Assembly: GCA_965222615.1 (NCBI GenBank)
Contig: CBDCUI010000009.1
Location: 576,001 to 640,000 of the forward strand
DNA length: 64,000 nt
Origin: Gammaproteobacteria bacterium
GTDB taxonomy: Bacteria; Pseudomonadota; Gammaproteobacteria; UBA4575
Direction of reading: 5' to 3'
Under the pieces are notes generated by a model, which worked only from the letters and a program-made list of their open reading frames with translations, was not told the DNA's origin and did no database searches. The translations under genes were made by a program, and so were the position numbers. Numbering within the stretch: position 1 is the stretch's first letter; each line of letters begins with the position of its first letter. Shown one piece after another: positions 30,766 through 40,716 of this stretch.

Positions 30766-32853
30766 ATGAGTAATTTAGATACCTACAGAAATATTGGCAT
30801 TTTTGCGCACGTGGATGCAGGCAAAACAACTACCACTGAACGCATCCTCAGCCTCACTGGCAAAATTCACAAAATTGGTGAAGTACACGATGGCGAAGCC
30901 ACAACCGACTTTATGGATCAAGAACGTGAACGCGGGATTACAATTCAGTCTGCAGCGACTAGTGCAGTTTGGAATGATCACCGTCTCAACATCATCGATA
31001 CCCCTGGGCACGTAGACTTTACTATCGAGGTATACCGCTCCTTAAAAGTTCTGGATGGCGGGGTTGGAGTATTTTGTGGTTCAGGTGGAGTAGAGCCTCA
31101 GTCAGAAACCAATTGGCGCTATGCCAATGATTCCAAAGTCGCTCGCATTATTTTTGTTAATAAATTAGATCGACTCGGTGCTGATTTTTATCGTGTTGTA
31201 GGCCAAATCAAAGATGTATTAGGGGCCAAGCCCTTAGTCATGACTCTTCCAATTGGAACAGAAGATAACTTCACAGGTGTTGTGGATCTACTGACTCGCA
31301 AGGCATGGATATGGGACGGCTCAGATGATCCCATGAAGTACAAGATCGAAGATGTGCCGGCAAACATGGTCGACAAAGTCGAACAGTACCGGGAAGAGCT
31401 GGTTGAAATGGCACTCGAGCATGATGATGATGCCATGGAAAAATATTTGGATGGCGAAGAACCTGATATTGATACGCTTAAAGCCTGTATACGCAAAGGC
31501 ACTATAGCCCTAGACTTTTTCCCAACCTATTGTGGTTCGGCATTTAAGAATAAAGGCATTCAATTGGTATTAGATGCCGTCGTGGAATTCTTACCAGATC
31601 CAACTGAAGTGGATCCACAGCCTGAAGTGGATTTAGAAGGCAATGAAACAGGCAACTTTGCTGAAGTGGACCCAAACAAACCGATGCGCGCCTTGGCTTT
31701 TAAAATAATGGACGACCGTTATGGCGCTCTTACTTTTATACGTATTTATTCGGGCAAAATTGAAAAAGGCATGACTGTACTAAATACCTTCACGGGAAAA
31801 ACCGAACGCATTGGTCGAATTGTAGAAATGCATGCAGATTCACGTGAGGAACTCAATTCCGCACAGGCAGGTGATATTGTTGCTGTGCTTGGTATGAAAA
31901 ATGTGCAAACTGGCCATACCTTATGTGATCAGAACTCACCCGCAACATTAGAACCCATGGTATTCCCCGATCCAGTAATCTCCATGGCGGTATCACCTAA
32001 AGACAAAGGTGCTTCAGAAAAGATGGGGATAGCCTTAAGCAAAATGGTTGCAGAAGATCCTTCTTTTCATGTTGCGACCGATGAAGACAGCGGTGAAACT
32101 ATTCTTAAAGGCATGGGCGAACTGCACTTAGATATCAAAATCGATATTCTAAAACGCACACATAATGTAGAAGTAATTGCAGGGGCACCTCAAGTCGCAT
32201 ACCGTGAAACCATCACGCAACGTATCGAAGACAGTTACACACATAAGAAACAATCTGGTGGTGCAGGACAATTCGGAAAAATTGACTATGTGCTTGAGCC
32301 TGGAGAAGTGGGCAGTGGTTATCAATTTGAATCTAAAGTTACAGGCGGTAATGTACCGCGCGAATATTGGCCAGCTATCGAAAAAGGCTTTGGCAATATG
32401 ATGGAAGTCGGTGTCCTGGCGGGCTACCCCTGTCTTGATGTTAAAGTTACTTTAATGGATGGAGCGTTTCATGCAGTGGACTCCTCAGCGATTGCATTTG
32501 AACTTGCTTCCAAAGCGGCTTATCGGCAATCCATGCCCAAAGCAGCCCCACAAATTCTAGAACCTATTATGAAAGTGGATGTATTTACTCCGGAAGATCA
32601 TGTCGGTGATGTGATCGGTGACCTCAATCGACGCCGTGGCATGATCAAATCCCAGGATGCCGGTACAACTGGCACGCGAGTAAAAGCGGATGTGCCTTTA
32701 GCCGAAATGTTTGGTTATATTGGTGACCTGCGCACGATGACTTCAGGACGCGGACAGTTTTCTATGGAATTTTCACATTATCTACCCTGCCCTAAAAATG
32801 TAGCTGATGAAGTAATCAAAGAAGCAAAAGAGCGCGCAGAAGCGAAATCATAA
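30766..32853 (+). CDS. fusA: Elongation factor G (stand-alone paralogue)
   Basis: [29 protein letters not shown]; not in an rpsL-rpsG-tuf context. Confidence 0.95.
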   Translation: MSNLDTYRNIGIFAHVDAGKTTTTERILSLTGKIHKIGEVHDGEATTDFMDQERERGITIQSAATSAVWNDHRLNIIDTPGHVDFTIEVYRSLKVLDGGVGVFCGSGGVEPQSETNWRYANDSKVARIIFVNKLDRLGADFYRVVGQIKDVLGAKPLVMTLPIGTEDNFTGVVDLLTRKAWIWDGSDDPMKYKIEDVPANMVDKVEQYREELVEMALEHDDDAMEKYLDGEEPDIDTLKACIRKGTIALDFFPTYCGSAFKNKGIQLVLDAVVEFLPDPTEVDPQPEVDLEGNETGNFAEVDPNKPMRALAFKIMDDRYGALTFIRIYSGKIEKGMTVLNTFTGKTERIGRIVEMHADSREELNSAQAGDIVAVLGMKNVQTGHTLCDQNSPATLEPMVFPDPVISMAVSPKDKGASEKMGIALSKMVAEDPSFHVATDEDSGETILKGMGELHLDIKIDILKRTHNVEVIAGAPQVAYRETITQRIEDSYTHKKQSGGAGQFGKIDYVLEPGEVGSGYQFESKVTGGNVPREYWPAIEKGFGNMMEVGVLAGYPCLDVKVTLMDGAFHAVDSSAIAFELASKAAYRQSMPKAAPQILEPIMKVDVFTPEDHVGDVIGDLNRRRGMIKSQDAGTTGTRVKADVPLAEMFGYIGDLRTMTSGRGQFSMEFSHYLPCPKNVADEVIKEAKERAEAKS

Positions 32854-33251
32854 TAAAGACTAAGCTTTCAGCATCGATACCAAGAGTTCATGAGCATTCT
32901 CTAAAGATTGCACAAGTTTATGTTTTAGCTTAGAAAACTAAATGCAAATAGAGCAGTGCAGCCGCCTTTTGGTGCATTTAGTAAGAAGCAAATATTTTTT
33001 GTAACCAACTGGCATATGGTTTCGGACAGAAATTTTGAAACCAACAAACCCGTAAATACCGAAACCTGTGCCCTGACTGGTGAATTCATTATTCTCGGTC
33101 ATAGCAAACAGAGTCATATTTCACACCAGCCTTATGAATTCTCCACTGATCTTTATGATAAAAGCGGCAATAACACTTGGTGGGAACATTCCGTTTATGG
33201 AAGCAAAGTGGACGTAGTTGCCATCCTAGAAACTAAAATAAGTAATCGCTC

Positions 33252-33800
33252 TTATTCTTCTTCATCCAGCACACCAAAAAGTTGATGATATATGGCCACG
33301 CTAATATGTATTGCAAATAATGGATAGATGATGATTGATAGGGCGTAGTGAATTCCATTAGATGCTTCATATAAGAATTCATTATTATCCATAAACGCCG
33401 GAATCTTAAAGAAACTGAAAAATGGGATATCATGCCCCGCAAAGAATAAATTACACAACCCACAGAGACTCTGTGTTACAACCACAAAGTAAATCATTCT
33501 GTGCAAGAATATCGCTGCAAATTTTTGCCAATCAGGAAGACTGTAGGATGGAACGGGATTCAGATTCGTAGCACGCCAGCAGACCCTGAAAGACATCACT
33601 AACAGGAATAGTAAACCCCAGGAGGCGTGCTGCTCTATAAGGGTAGTTTTGTTTGAGCCTTCCTGAAGACCTTCAAAGTCATTGGCAGTAACTATCAATA
33701 TCACCAACAATATAACACTTGTCCAGTGTAAAATGCGGCCACCAAGCCCGTACTGGGTTCGGGTATTTCTGAACTTGATTGGCATACAATATGAAAGCAC
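33252..33800 (-). CDS. Cytochrome b561 (YceJ-like)
   Basis: RILHW, HASWG, FLH, IH...HI heme-ligand histidines in four TM helices. Confidence 0.85.
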   Translation of the reverse strand: MLSYCMPIKFRNTRTQYGLGGRILHWTSVILLVILIVTANDFEGLQEGSNKTTLIEQHASWGLLFLLVMSFRVCWRATNLNPVPSYSLPDWQKFAAIFLHRMIYFVVVTQSLCGLCNLFFAGHDIPFFSFFKIPAFMDNNEFLYEASNGIHYALSIIIYPLFAIHISVAIYHQLFGVLDEEE

Positions 33801-33899
33801 TCAGAGATTAGAGCTAAAATTTCACTCAGCCTGTTTCTTTTAATTACTCAAATTCTCTGCAATAAACTACTGATACTTTCTTGCAAGATCCCTACTCAT

Positions 33900-34358
33900 T
33901 TAATTACTGTGTTTGATAGTCGATCTTAAAATCAATATAGATCCCCTCCCAAACCCATAAGTAGTTACTATAAGACTAGTATACAAATACACATCGAATA
34001 CTGAATTGCCGATTGAATCAGGTGCAAAAGACTCTGATAAAGGATCAGTGGAGGGAAAAACTGCGAATATAAAAAACAAACTGGAATTGGTGAAGGCACC
34101 AACGACCATGGCCCAACGCACATGCCATGGTAAGGGAACGCGTGTCGCAAAGAAACCAAGGATTAATGCACTCATCAGTAAAAAATCGATATGTGCCTGT
34201 AATACACGACGAGGACTGCCTGAAAAAATCTCTTTTAGAAATCCGATATCATTATAAATACCAACCAGACTCCAGGCCAAAATCAAAGCCATCAATATCC
34301 ACAAACAGGCACCTCGAAGCATAACGACATTGCCGTTATTATTATCGCTCTGTAGCAT
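33900..34358 (-). CDS. Four-TM membrane protein, possibly styrene-oxide-isomerase-like
   Basis: Four hydrophobic segments, conserved-looking LQAHIDFLLM; divergent from an AraC gene. Confidence 0.55.
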   Translation of the reverse strand: MLQSDNNNGNVVMLRGACLWILMALILAWSLVGIYNDIGFLKEIFSGSPRRVLQAHIDFLLMSALILGFFATRVPLPWHVRWAMVVGAFTNSSLFFIFAVFPSTDPLSESFAPDSIGNSVFDVYLYTSLIVTTYGFGRGSILILRSTIKHSN

Positions 34359-34461
34359 AATTTCCCCATACTATTGCTGTGGTGTGACATATTATCCTGC
34401 AATAAGGCAAACCAAACTTTGCTTGGTAGGTGGTATTTTTTGACAAGATAGGTGATTAATA

Positions 34462-35481
34462 ATGAAACAATCGACATTGGCCAATGCAACCGGCTTTAAG
34501 ATCGATCCAACGGATAACTTGAGACGACTGGGCGGGCTGCGCTATACAACACAGGATCATCCAGCAGAACATCGCTTGGAATGGTTAACAGAAGTAATTG
34601 GAAAAGAATGGGCCGATGTTGAGATTATACCGCCCAAAGATAACAATATATTTAACGACATTTTGATTTATCCTTGGCGAAATGGGATGCGCCTGTCACC
34701 CATCCGTTCTAACCCAGTTTGTCTTTCTCGTATGCGTGAACCTATTAAGTCAACACATGATTGTTATAACGTGATCTTACTAACATCAGGCCAATACAAA
34801 CTGGAGCAAAGTGGACGCGAAGTTTTTCTGAAGCCAGGTGAATTAACACTATACGATGTCACTCAACCTCATCGCATTACCATACCAGACCAATTTTCTA
34901 AAATATTGATTTCGATACCACGATCTATATTGCGACATAGAGTTACAAATATAAATGATCTGAAGGCAACTCGTATTTCTACGAATCAAGGTATTGGTGC
35001 TGTTGTCGCATCCTTTATTTACTCAGTAGTCAATCAGTTGCATATGCTTGATCAAGGTCAATACATGGAATTAGCGGATCATGTTGTGGAATTATTTGCC
35101 TTGTCAACCACTTCACTTAATGATCAGTGTGGGTCAATTAGACTACACAGTAGTTTGGTATTAATGCGTGTGAAAGCGTACATCCATCATCATCTGGGTG
35201 ATTCTGAGCTTGATTCTTCTAGAATTGCTGGTGGTGTTGGCTTATCTGTCAGATATCTTAACAACTTGTTTAGTAAAGAAAGTACCTCATTAATGCAATA
35301 TGTAACGCAACAACGACTGGAATTAAGTCGACGATATTTAGCAAAGCGTATTTATGAAAAAGAATCGATAACGACTATCGCTATGCGCTGTGGATTTAAT
35401 AACATGGCACATTTCAGTCGTGTTTTTAAACAGGCCTATGGACTATCACCACGCGCGTATCGTCAAGCAAAAATGGATTAA
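34462..35481 (+). CDS. AraC family regulator (FeaR-like)
   Basis: EQSGREVFLKPGELTLYD effector domain; C-terminal SITTIAMRCGFNNMAHFSRVFK. Confidence 0.9.
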   Translation: MKQSTLANATGFKIDPTDNLRRLGGLRYTTQDHPAEHRLEWLTEVIGKEWADVEIIPPKDNNIFNDILIYPWRNGMRLSPIRSNPVCLSRMREPIKSTHDCYNVILLTSGQYKLEQSGREVFLKPGELTLYDVTQPHRITIPDQFSKILISIPRSILRHRVTNINDLKATRISTNQGIGAVVASFIYSVVNQLHMLDQGQYMELADHVVELFALSTTSLNDQCGSIRLHSSLVLMRVKAYIHHHLGDSELDSSRIAGGVGLSVRYLNNLFSKESTSLMQYVTQQRLELSRRYLAKRIYEKESITTIAMRCGFNNMAHFSRVFKQAYGLSPRAYRQAKMD

Positions 35482-35610
35482 TTTAATGAAATTAATGCGC
35501 TCGTTAAACTGAGCACACTTCAAAGATTCAATTTCACTAGCAGTAATATTGCCATCTGCATGTATTACATCTATGGCAGTCCGAGTACAAGCACCCTTTT
35601 TTATGTCTTA

Positions 35611-36219
35611 CTACTTGACCAATCCGTTTATCTTCGCAAAAGGATCCCAATTAGCTTCACTATGCCACTCATATTCGGTCCAAATTGCAATTTCTTCTGC
35701 AGCTTCGCGCCCCAAAATTTTTGCAATCACCGCTAATGACATATCTATGCCTGCAGACACGCCAGAAGATGTAAAAAACTTACCGTCCTCTACCCAACGT
35801 GCTTCCTTCTTCCATTTAACTTTGTCGCTTTGCGAAGTAGCCCACTCATATGCCCGTTTGTTCGTTGTCGCATGAATCCCATCCAATATCCCGGCTTTTG
35901 CTAGAAGTGCACTACCTGTACACACCGATGTGACATATTCTGATTTCGCTGACTGGATCCGAAGCCAATCGAGCAATATTTCATTATCAACTTCTGCGCG
36001 TGTACCTTTCCCCCCGGGTACAAGCAAGATGTCAAACTCATGTTCGTCATCCAATTTATAATCGGCGACCGACTTAGGCCCTTGACGGCTTGCTACTTCG
36101 CCTAATTTTTCTGCGATCATGCAAATTTCAAAACTCTCGGGAACCACTCCGTACATCTCCAGCGGTCCGAACACATCTAATAGCTCAAATTCATGGAAGA
36201 GGATGACACCTATTTTCAT
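35611..36219 (-). CDS. DJ-1/PfpI family protein
   Basis: FELLDVFGP, VPGG, SVCTG, TSSGVSAGID. Confidence 0.92.
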   Translation of the reverse strand: MKIGVILFHEFELLDVFGPLEMYGVVPESFEICMIAEKLGEVASRQGPKSVADYKLDDEHEFDILLVPGGKGTRAEVDNEILLDWLRIQSAKSEYVTSVCTGSALLAKAGILDGIHATTNKRAYEWATSQSDKVKWKKEARWVEDGKFFTSSGVSAGIDMSLAVIAKILGREAAEEIAIWTEYEWHSEANWDPFAKINGLVK

Positions 36220-36425
36220 TTAAAAATATTTATATCGTTAGTTAAATCTTTATCTTCACATATACGCAATTTCTCATTTAAACTAGCAGGCACTTTTCAC
36301 ACTAAGGCAAAACGTCTAACAAAGTAAGTTGTTAGCACAATAGTGAATCATGGTCTTAATATTCTCCATGTTCTTCACAATGCAAGCAGTTTAAAAACAG
36401 ATGCTTTCTTCCATAATTCAAATAC

Positions 36426-36483
36426 ACCTAACGGTTGAATTCAGCGGGGTGCATTAGCGACCCACTGCGGTGGCTTGTTATAA
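36426..36483 (-). mobile_element. Integron attC site (58 bp)
   Basis: Minus strand TTATAAC...GCTGAATTCAACCGTTAGGT; imperfect palindrome whose 3' end matches the next attC. Confidence 0.8.
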
Positions 36484-36529
36484 GCCATTTTCACTATTAC
36501 CCGCACACTTAATTTAATTTTTCTTTTAA

Positions 36530-37273
36530 TCATTGGCTTCTTTGGTTGTTCTTAATAATTTCTCCCTGAATTGGCTCACCACGTTCGACAAATTTTCCAT
36601 TAGCATAGTAATTCTGAAACTGCGCAGGAAGTCCTTCGCCATCGAGCCAATTAGGGGTAGTTTGTAAATGATAATGTAGGTGGGGTAAGTTGGAATGCCC
36701 ACTATTGCCGCATTGTCCAATGGGATCTCCAGCCCTCACTTTGTCACCTTGCTTTACTAAAACTGAATCTTTCTTGAAATGTGCAAGCATAGAGAACTCC
36801 CCATTGAGATGATCAATGACGACATAATTACCTGGAATATCTTTTGTATTCTTTTTCCCAGGTATATTATCGAAAACTCCATCCTTTGTATCGACTACGA
36901 CTCCATCTCCTGGAGCAATGATCTGTCTGCCAAAGCAATAGTGATTTTCGTTCTTTTTATAATCATTACCTCGGTAAATTTCTAATTTTCCGGAAAGTGC
37001 TTTTTCAACTATTCCTTCAAGCTCAGGCGGAGAAGCGCCGGGAGCCGGCGCTACAATATCGATTGCGAACCTTTGGTCAACAACGTAAATATGATTCGGG
37101 TTTTGTTCTATTGTTCTCCCCCCGGTGCCTATGAGAGATTCACCCGTTAACGGAAAAATTAAATCTGTTTTTGTTTGGTAGTCGAGATAGCTGGTTGGTG
37201 CAGGCTTAATTACGCAGCCAAAAAAAGCTATGCTACCAATCAATAACCCCAATCGTTCAATTAACTTTTTCAT
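36530..37273 (-). CDS. M23 family metallopeptidase lipoprotein (gene cassette)
   Basis: GNYVVIDH, AHF, GNSGHSNLPHLHY; bounded by attC sites. Confidence 0.85.
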   Translation of the reverse strand: MKKLIERLGLLIGSIAFFGCVIKPAPTSYLDYQTKTDLIFPLTGESLIGTGGRTIEQNPNHIYVVDQRFAIDIVAPAPGASPPELEGIVEKALSGKLEIYRGNDYKKNENHYCFGRQIIAPGDGVVVDTKDGVFDNIPGKKNTKDIPGNYVVIDHLNGEFSMLAHFKKDSVLVKQGDKVRAGDPIGQCGNSGHSNLPHLHYHLQTTPNWLDGEGLPAQFQNYYANGKFVERGEPIQGEIIKNNQRSQ

Positions 37274-37288
37274 TGTGTTACATTTTAC

Positions 37289-37346
37289 GTATAACGGTTG
37301 AATTCAGCCGGCTGCGTTAACGGTCGGCTAGAATGATTTGTTAGGC
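37289..37346 (-). mobile_element. Integron attC site (58 bp)
   Basis: Minus strand GCCTAAC...GCTGAATTCAACCGTTATAC; the VOC gene stop TAA lies inside GCCTAAC. Confidence 0.85.
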
Positions 37347-37700
37347 ATTACTACCAAGAAGTTGATAAAACGAAAGTAGATTGCCAAACGGGTCACTAAA
37401 CTCAAAATAATGGATTGTTTCTGGCACCGTTTCTATTTGCCCAGCATCTCTTCCAAGACTCAAAACTAACTCATGACTAAGCTCGATATTTTCGGTTTCA
37501 AGATTTAAACTTTTAGAACTGGATTCCTTAGTTTCCACCTCAAAAAGCTGTAACCAGAATGAAGGCATTACTTTCATTTCTATAATACCCTCCATTGGGC
37601 TTACTTCCTCAAGCTCGCCCAGTAGTTTACGATACCACTCAACAGCTCGATTTAGATCGGTGACAGGTAAGCCGATAGTTATACTATTAATTTTCATCAT
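37341..37700 (-). CDS. VOC/glyoxalase family protein (gene cassette)
   Basis: LPVTDLNRAVEWY...LG, FSDPFGN; promoterless, RBS directly after a core site. Confidence 0.85.
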   Translation of the reverse strand: MMKINSITIGLPVTDLNRAVEWYRKLLGELEEVSPMEGIIEMKVMPSFWLQLFEVETKESSSKSLNLETENIELSHELVLSLGRDAGQIETVPETIHYFEFSDPFGNLLSFYQLLGSNA

Positions 37701-37722
37701 TAGTCCCCCTAGAGAAATTGAT

Positions 37723-37779
37723 GCCTAATGGCTGAGCTAACGGGTGTTGAGTACTATCGCGTGAAGTGTCAGATTAGGT
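37723..37779 (-). mobile_element. Degenerate attC-like site (57 bp)
   Basis: Minus strand ACCTAAT...TTAGCTCAGCCATTAGGC, with AAT/ATT in place of AAC/GTT. TTAGGCA is complementary to the TGCCTAA at the VOC cassette end. Confidence 0.55.
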
Positions 37780-37913
37780 GATTTTAATAAAATCATATTT
37801 ATTTTTTTGGAATTAATAAACTACCTTAGGTATAAACATCCTAAGTATACCAGTCATCAGATATTGTCATATTAGTAAAGACATCAAATTAGTATTTAAG
37901 TATTGTAACTACA

Positions 37914-38438
37914 ATGAATAATCAGCCTGTAACAATGATGGGTGTACTTGCTTTTTTGTGGGGTATAGCTGGATTAATTTTATTACTCGGTTTTGCCAGT
38001 TGGCGCTTGTCTGCGTATACGATTGAATCTTTTTCAATGCCTTTAAATTGGATACATTGGATTGTATTCTTAGGCTTTAGCATTTTCATGGCGCATAGTG
38101 AAGGTTATAAAGGATTTCAAAAAAAGTTTTCGCCTCGCTTTGCCGCCCGCTGCAAATATTTGTTGCACAACACCAACCTATTACAACTGTTATTGGCTCC
38201 ACTTTTTTGCATGGGCTTCTTCCATGCACCAAAAAAGCGTGTCATCGCAACATTTGCTTTGACCATTATGATTATTATTTTCATTCTCACCTTTCGCTTA
38301 ATTCCTCAACCATGGAAAGGACTTCTCGATGCCGGCGTTGTAATTGGACTCATTTGGGGAATACTTTCTAGTTTATACTATTGTTTTAAAGCATTTACCG
38401 ACAATAATTTTGAATGGGATGCAGAAATTTCTGTCTAA
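37914..38438 (+). CDS. Conserved hypothetical membrane protein
   Basis: Several TM segments, SEGYKGFQKKFSPR. Confidence 0.75.
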   Translation: MNNQPVTMMGVLAFLWGIAGLILLLGFASWRLSAYTIESFSMPLNWIHWIVFLGFSIFMAHSEGYKGFQKKFSPRFAARCKYLLHNTNLLQLLLAPLFCMGFFHAPKKRVIATFALTIMIIIFILTFRLIPQPWKGLLDAGVVIGLIWGILSSLYYCFKAFTDNNFEWDAEISV

Positions 38439-38470
38439 ATAAAAACTAATTTCTTGACGGAGGATACTTT

Positions 38471-38773
38471 ATGTTCATCGCAATGAATCGATTTAAAATC
38501 ATACCTGGATGCGAAGATGATTTTTTAGAAATTTGGAAAAATCGAGAAACCTTTCTTGATGAAGTACAGGGGTTTAAGGAATTCCATCTTTTAAGTGGGC
38601 CTACAACAGACGAATATAGTCTATTTGCTTCACACTCCATTTGGGAATCCAAACAAGCTTTTGAAAACTGGACTAAATCTGAAGCATTTCGCAAAGCCCA
38701 TGCTAATGCTGGAGATGCTAAGCCTGTTTATTTGGGTAAACCAGAATTTGAAGGCTTTGAGGTAGTTCTTTAA
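38471..38773 (+). CDS. Antibiotic biosynthesis monooxygenase family (IsdG-like heme-degrading)
   Basis: MFIAMNRF, WESKQAFENWTKSEAFRKAH. Confidence 0.88.
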   Translation: MFIAMNRFKIIPGCEDDFLEIWKNRETFLDEVQGFKEFHLLSGPTTDEYSLFASHSIWESKQAFENWTKSEAFRKAHANAGDAKPVYLGKPEFEGFEVVL

Positions 38774-38787
38774 TTTAAATCTGCACG

Positions 38788-39966
38788 ATGTTTTTAAAGA
38801 AATTAGTTTATTTATGCATACTTTTTATTGTATGCCAAATAAGCTTAGGCGCTAGCTCGCTTGAAAACTTAAAATCATTACCCTCTTCATCGCTTTTAGT
38901 TATCGATGAGAAAAAACAAACTATCCACGCTAAAGATATTCATAAACTGTATATACCGGCTTCGACTGTAAAGATCCTAACCGCATTAGTTGCATTAGAA
39001 CACTGGGGCAAGGAGCATCGATTTACAACTGATTTTTTCACCGATACAAAAGCTAATCATTTATGGGTTCGTGGTTATGGAGATCCATATTTAATTTCCG
39101 AAGAGTTAGACGTAATTGTCGAAAAACTAAAACAGGCAGACATTAGTGAATTAGAAGGGATTGGCGTTGATAGCACCTACTTTAGCAAAACAATTAAAAT
39201 AGATGGACAAGGAAAATCACTCAACCCCTATGACGCATCACTGAGTGCGGTAGCAGCAAACTTTAATACTATAAACGTAAGTGTCTATACCGATTCAATC
39301 AGCAGTAGTGAACCGCAAACACCATTAACACCACTTGCCGAAGAACTTGCACAAGGGTTATCTGTTGGTACACATCGAATAAATCTTGGCGATGTAGAAT
39401 ATGGCCCTAAGTATTTCGCTGAATTACTCAAGTCGAAACTGAACCGTGCTGGAATTCCCACTAATGATGTTTTTATAAGTGGTCAAATTTCAAATGACTT
39501 GCAACTATTATTCAAGCATCAAAATACTCATACATTAGAACAAGTCATTGCATCAATGCTGAAATTTTCGAATAATTTTATTGCTAATCAACTTTATTTA
39601 ATGCTTGGGGCTGAAGTCCACGATGCCCCAGCTACTATTGAAAAATCACAACTCGTTTTCGCAGATTATATTAAGCAAAATTTTTCTTGGAGCAAGTATA
39701 TGCTTGTTGAAGGAGCAGGACTATCAAGGTTAAATCAATTAAGCTCCAAACAATTGATTGATATATTAGAACGCTTTAAAACTTATCGTAATTTATTACC
39801 TACTCAATCTGAAAAGATTTTTGCGAAATCAGGAACGCTCAAAGATGTAAGTACCTATGCAGGCTATTTAAATCATCAAAATGAATGGCATAGTTTTGCA
39901 TTGATGATTAATCAAAAAGTACCATTTCACTTTAGAGAACAAGTTGCGGTTGAACTGCTTGAGTGA
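38788..39966 (+). CDS. dacB: D-Ala-D-Ala carboxypeptidase/endopeptidase (PBP4, peptidase S13)
   Basis: PASTVK, SNN, KSGTL motifs. Confidence 0.9.
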   Translation: MFLKKLVYLCILFIVCQISLGASSLENLKSLPSSSLLVIDEKKQTIHAKDIHKLYIPASTVKILTALVALEHWGKEHRFTTDFFTDTKANHLWVRGYGDPYLISEELDVIVEKLKQADISELEGIGVDSTYFSKTIKIDGQGKSLNPYDASLSAVAANFNTINVSVYTDSISSSEPQTPLTPLAEELAQGLSVGTHRINLGDVEYGPKYFAELLKSKLNRAGIPTNDVFISGQISNDLQLLFKHQNTHTLEQVIASMLKFSNNFIANQLYLMLGAEVHDAPATIEKSQLVFADYIKQNFSWSKYMLVEGAGLSRLNQLSSKQLIDILERFKTYRNLLPTQSEKIFAKSGTLKDVSTYAGYLNHQNEWHSFALMINQKVPFHFREQVAVELLE

Positions 39967-39973
39967 TTTATTT

Positions 39974-40567
39974 TTAAGCTACCCATTGTGCAAGATACGA
40001 ATCAATTAGATCATCGATAAGTATTTTATGATTTTTTTGGCTATCACTAAGACGCTGCTGGGCACCTAAAACTGTTATGCCATGTACACCACTCCATAAA
40101 ACTTGACCGGCTCTTTCTATTTCACTCGCGGACTTATTCGAATCAAGTTCCGCTAACAATGCGTTTAACAAATCAAATAACCTCTGAACTTTTTCTTCTA
40201 CCCAATCATAATCTTTCGTTATATCTAATTGAGAAGAAAACATCATTTCCCATACATGTGGTTGCTTATAAGCAAGCTTTAAATAAGTGTGCCCACAAAC
40301 ACGAATCTTTTCCAGAGGGCTATCGATATTTTTTATTGCCACTACGCAAGCTTTATACAGCTGATCTAAGGTTCGTGCATATATATGCATAAACAAATCA
40401 TTCACGTTGATATATAAGGTGTATAAAGTACCCACGGTATAGCCCATTTCTTTGGCAATTTGCCTGGCACTGATGTTTGCCATGGGCTTTTTAGCCAATA
40501 ACTGCTCGGTTTTATCTAAGGCCATGGCCAATAGTTCTTCCCTGCTGTGGTCATTTCTTCGTGCCAT
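39974..40567 (-). CDS. TetR/AcrR family regulator (WHG type)
   Basis: MARRNDHSREEL, HTH SARQIAKEMGYTVGTLY, WSGVHG. Start refined to 40567. Confidence 0.88.
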   Translation of the reverse strand: MARRNDHSREELLAMALDKTEQLLAKKPMANISARQIAKEMGYTVGTLYTLYINVNDLFMHIYARTLDQLYKACVVAIKNIDSPLEKIRVCGHTYLKLAYKQPHVWEMMFSSQLDITKDYDWVEEKVQRLFDLLNALLAELDSNKSASEIERAGQVLWSGVHGITVLGAQQRLSDSQKNHKILIDDLIDSYLAQWVA

Positions 40568-40611
40568 TGAGAACTTCATCAAAAAAAATCTTAAAGCCAT
40601 ATTGACATTTA

Positions 40612-40701
40612 ATTGAACATTGTTCAATATAGTATTTATTGAATGGTGTTCAATTAAGAGGCCGTTCATTTTTAAAGACATTTAATTAAACAATGTTCAA
40701 T
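40612..40701. promoter_or_regulatory. Three palindromic operator copies (ATTGAACA-N-TGTTCAAT), probable TetR sites
   Basis: 40612-40628 is perfect; 40638-40654 and 40685-40701 are near perfect; all lie in the divergent intergenic region just after a TTGACA. Confidence 0.8.
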
Positions 40702-40716
40702 TAAAAGGAGCTCAAA

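Noticed and set aside
30766-32853. fusA outside the str operon
   Set aside because: Second EF-G copies are common in gammaproteobacteria and the GTPase motifs are ordinary.
32956-33285. 109-aa ORF after fusA
   Set aside because: No RBS or motif, and it overlaps the end of the cytochrome b561 gene; likely spurious or a decayed remnant.
40568-40681. N-terminal extension of TetR in the ORF track
   Set aside because: It runs through the operator palindromes; MARRND is the typical start.
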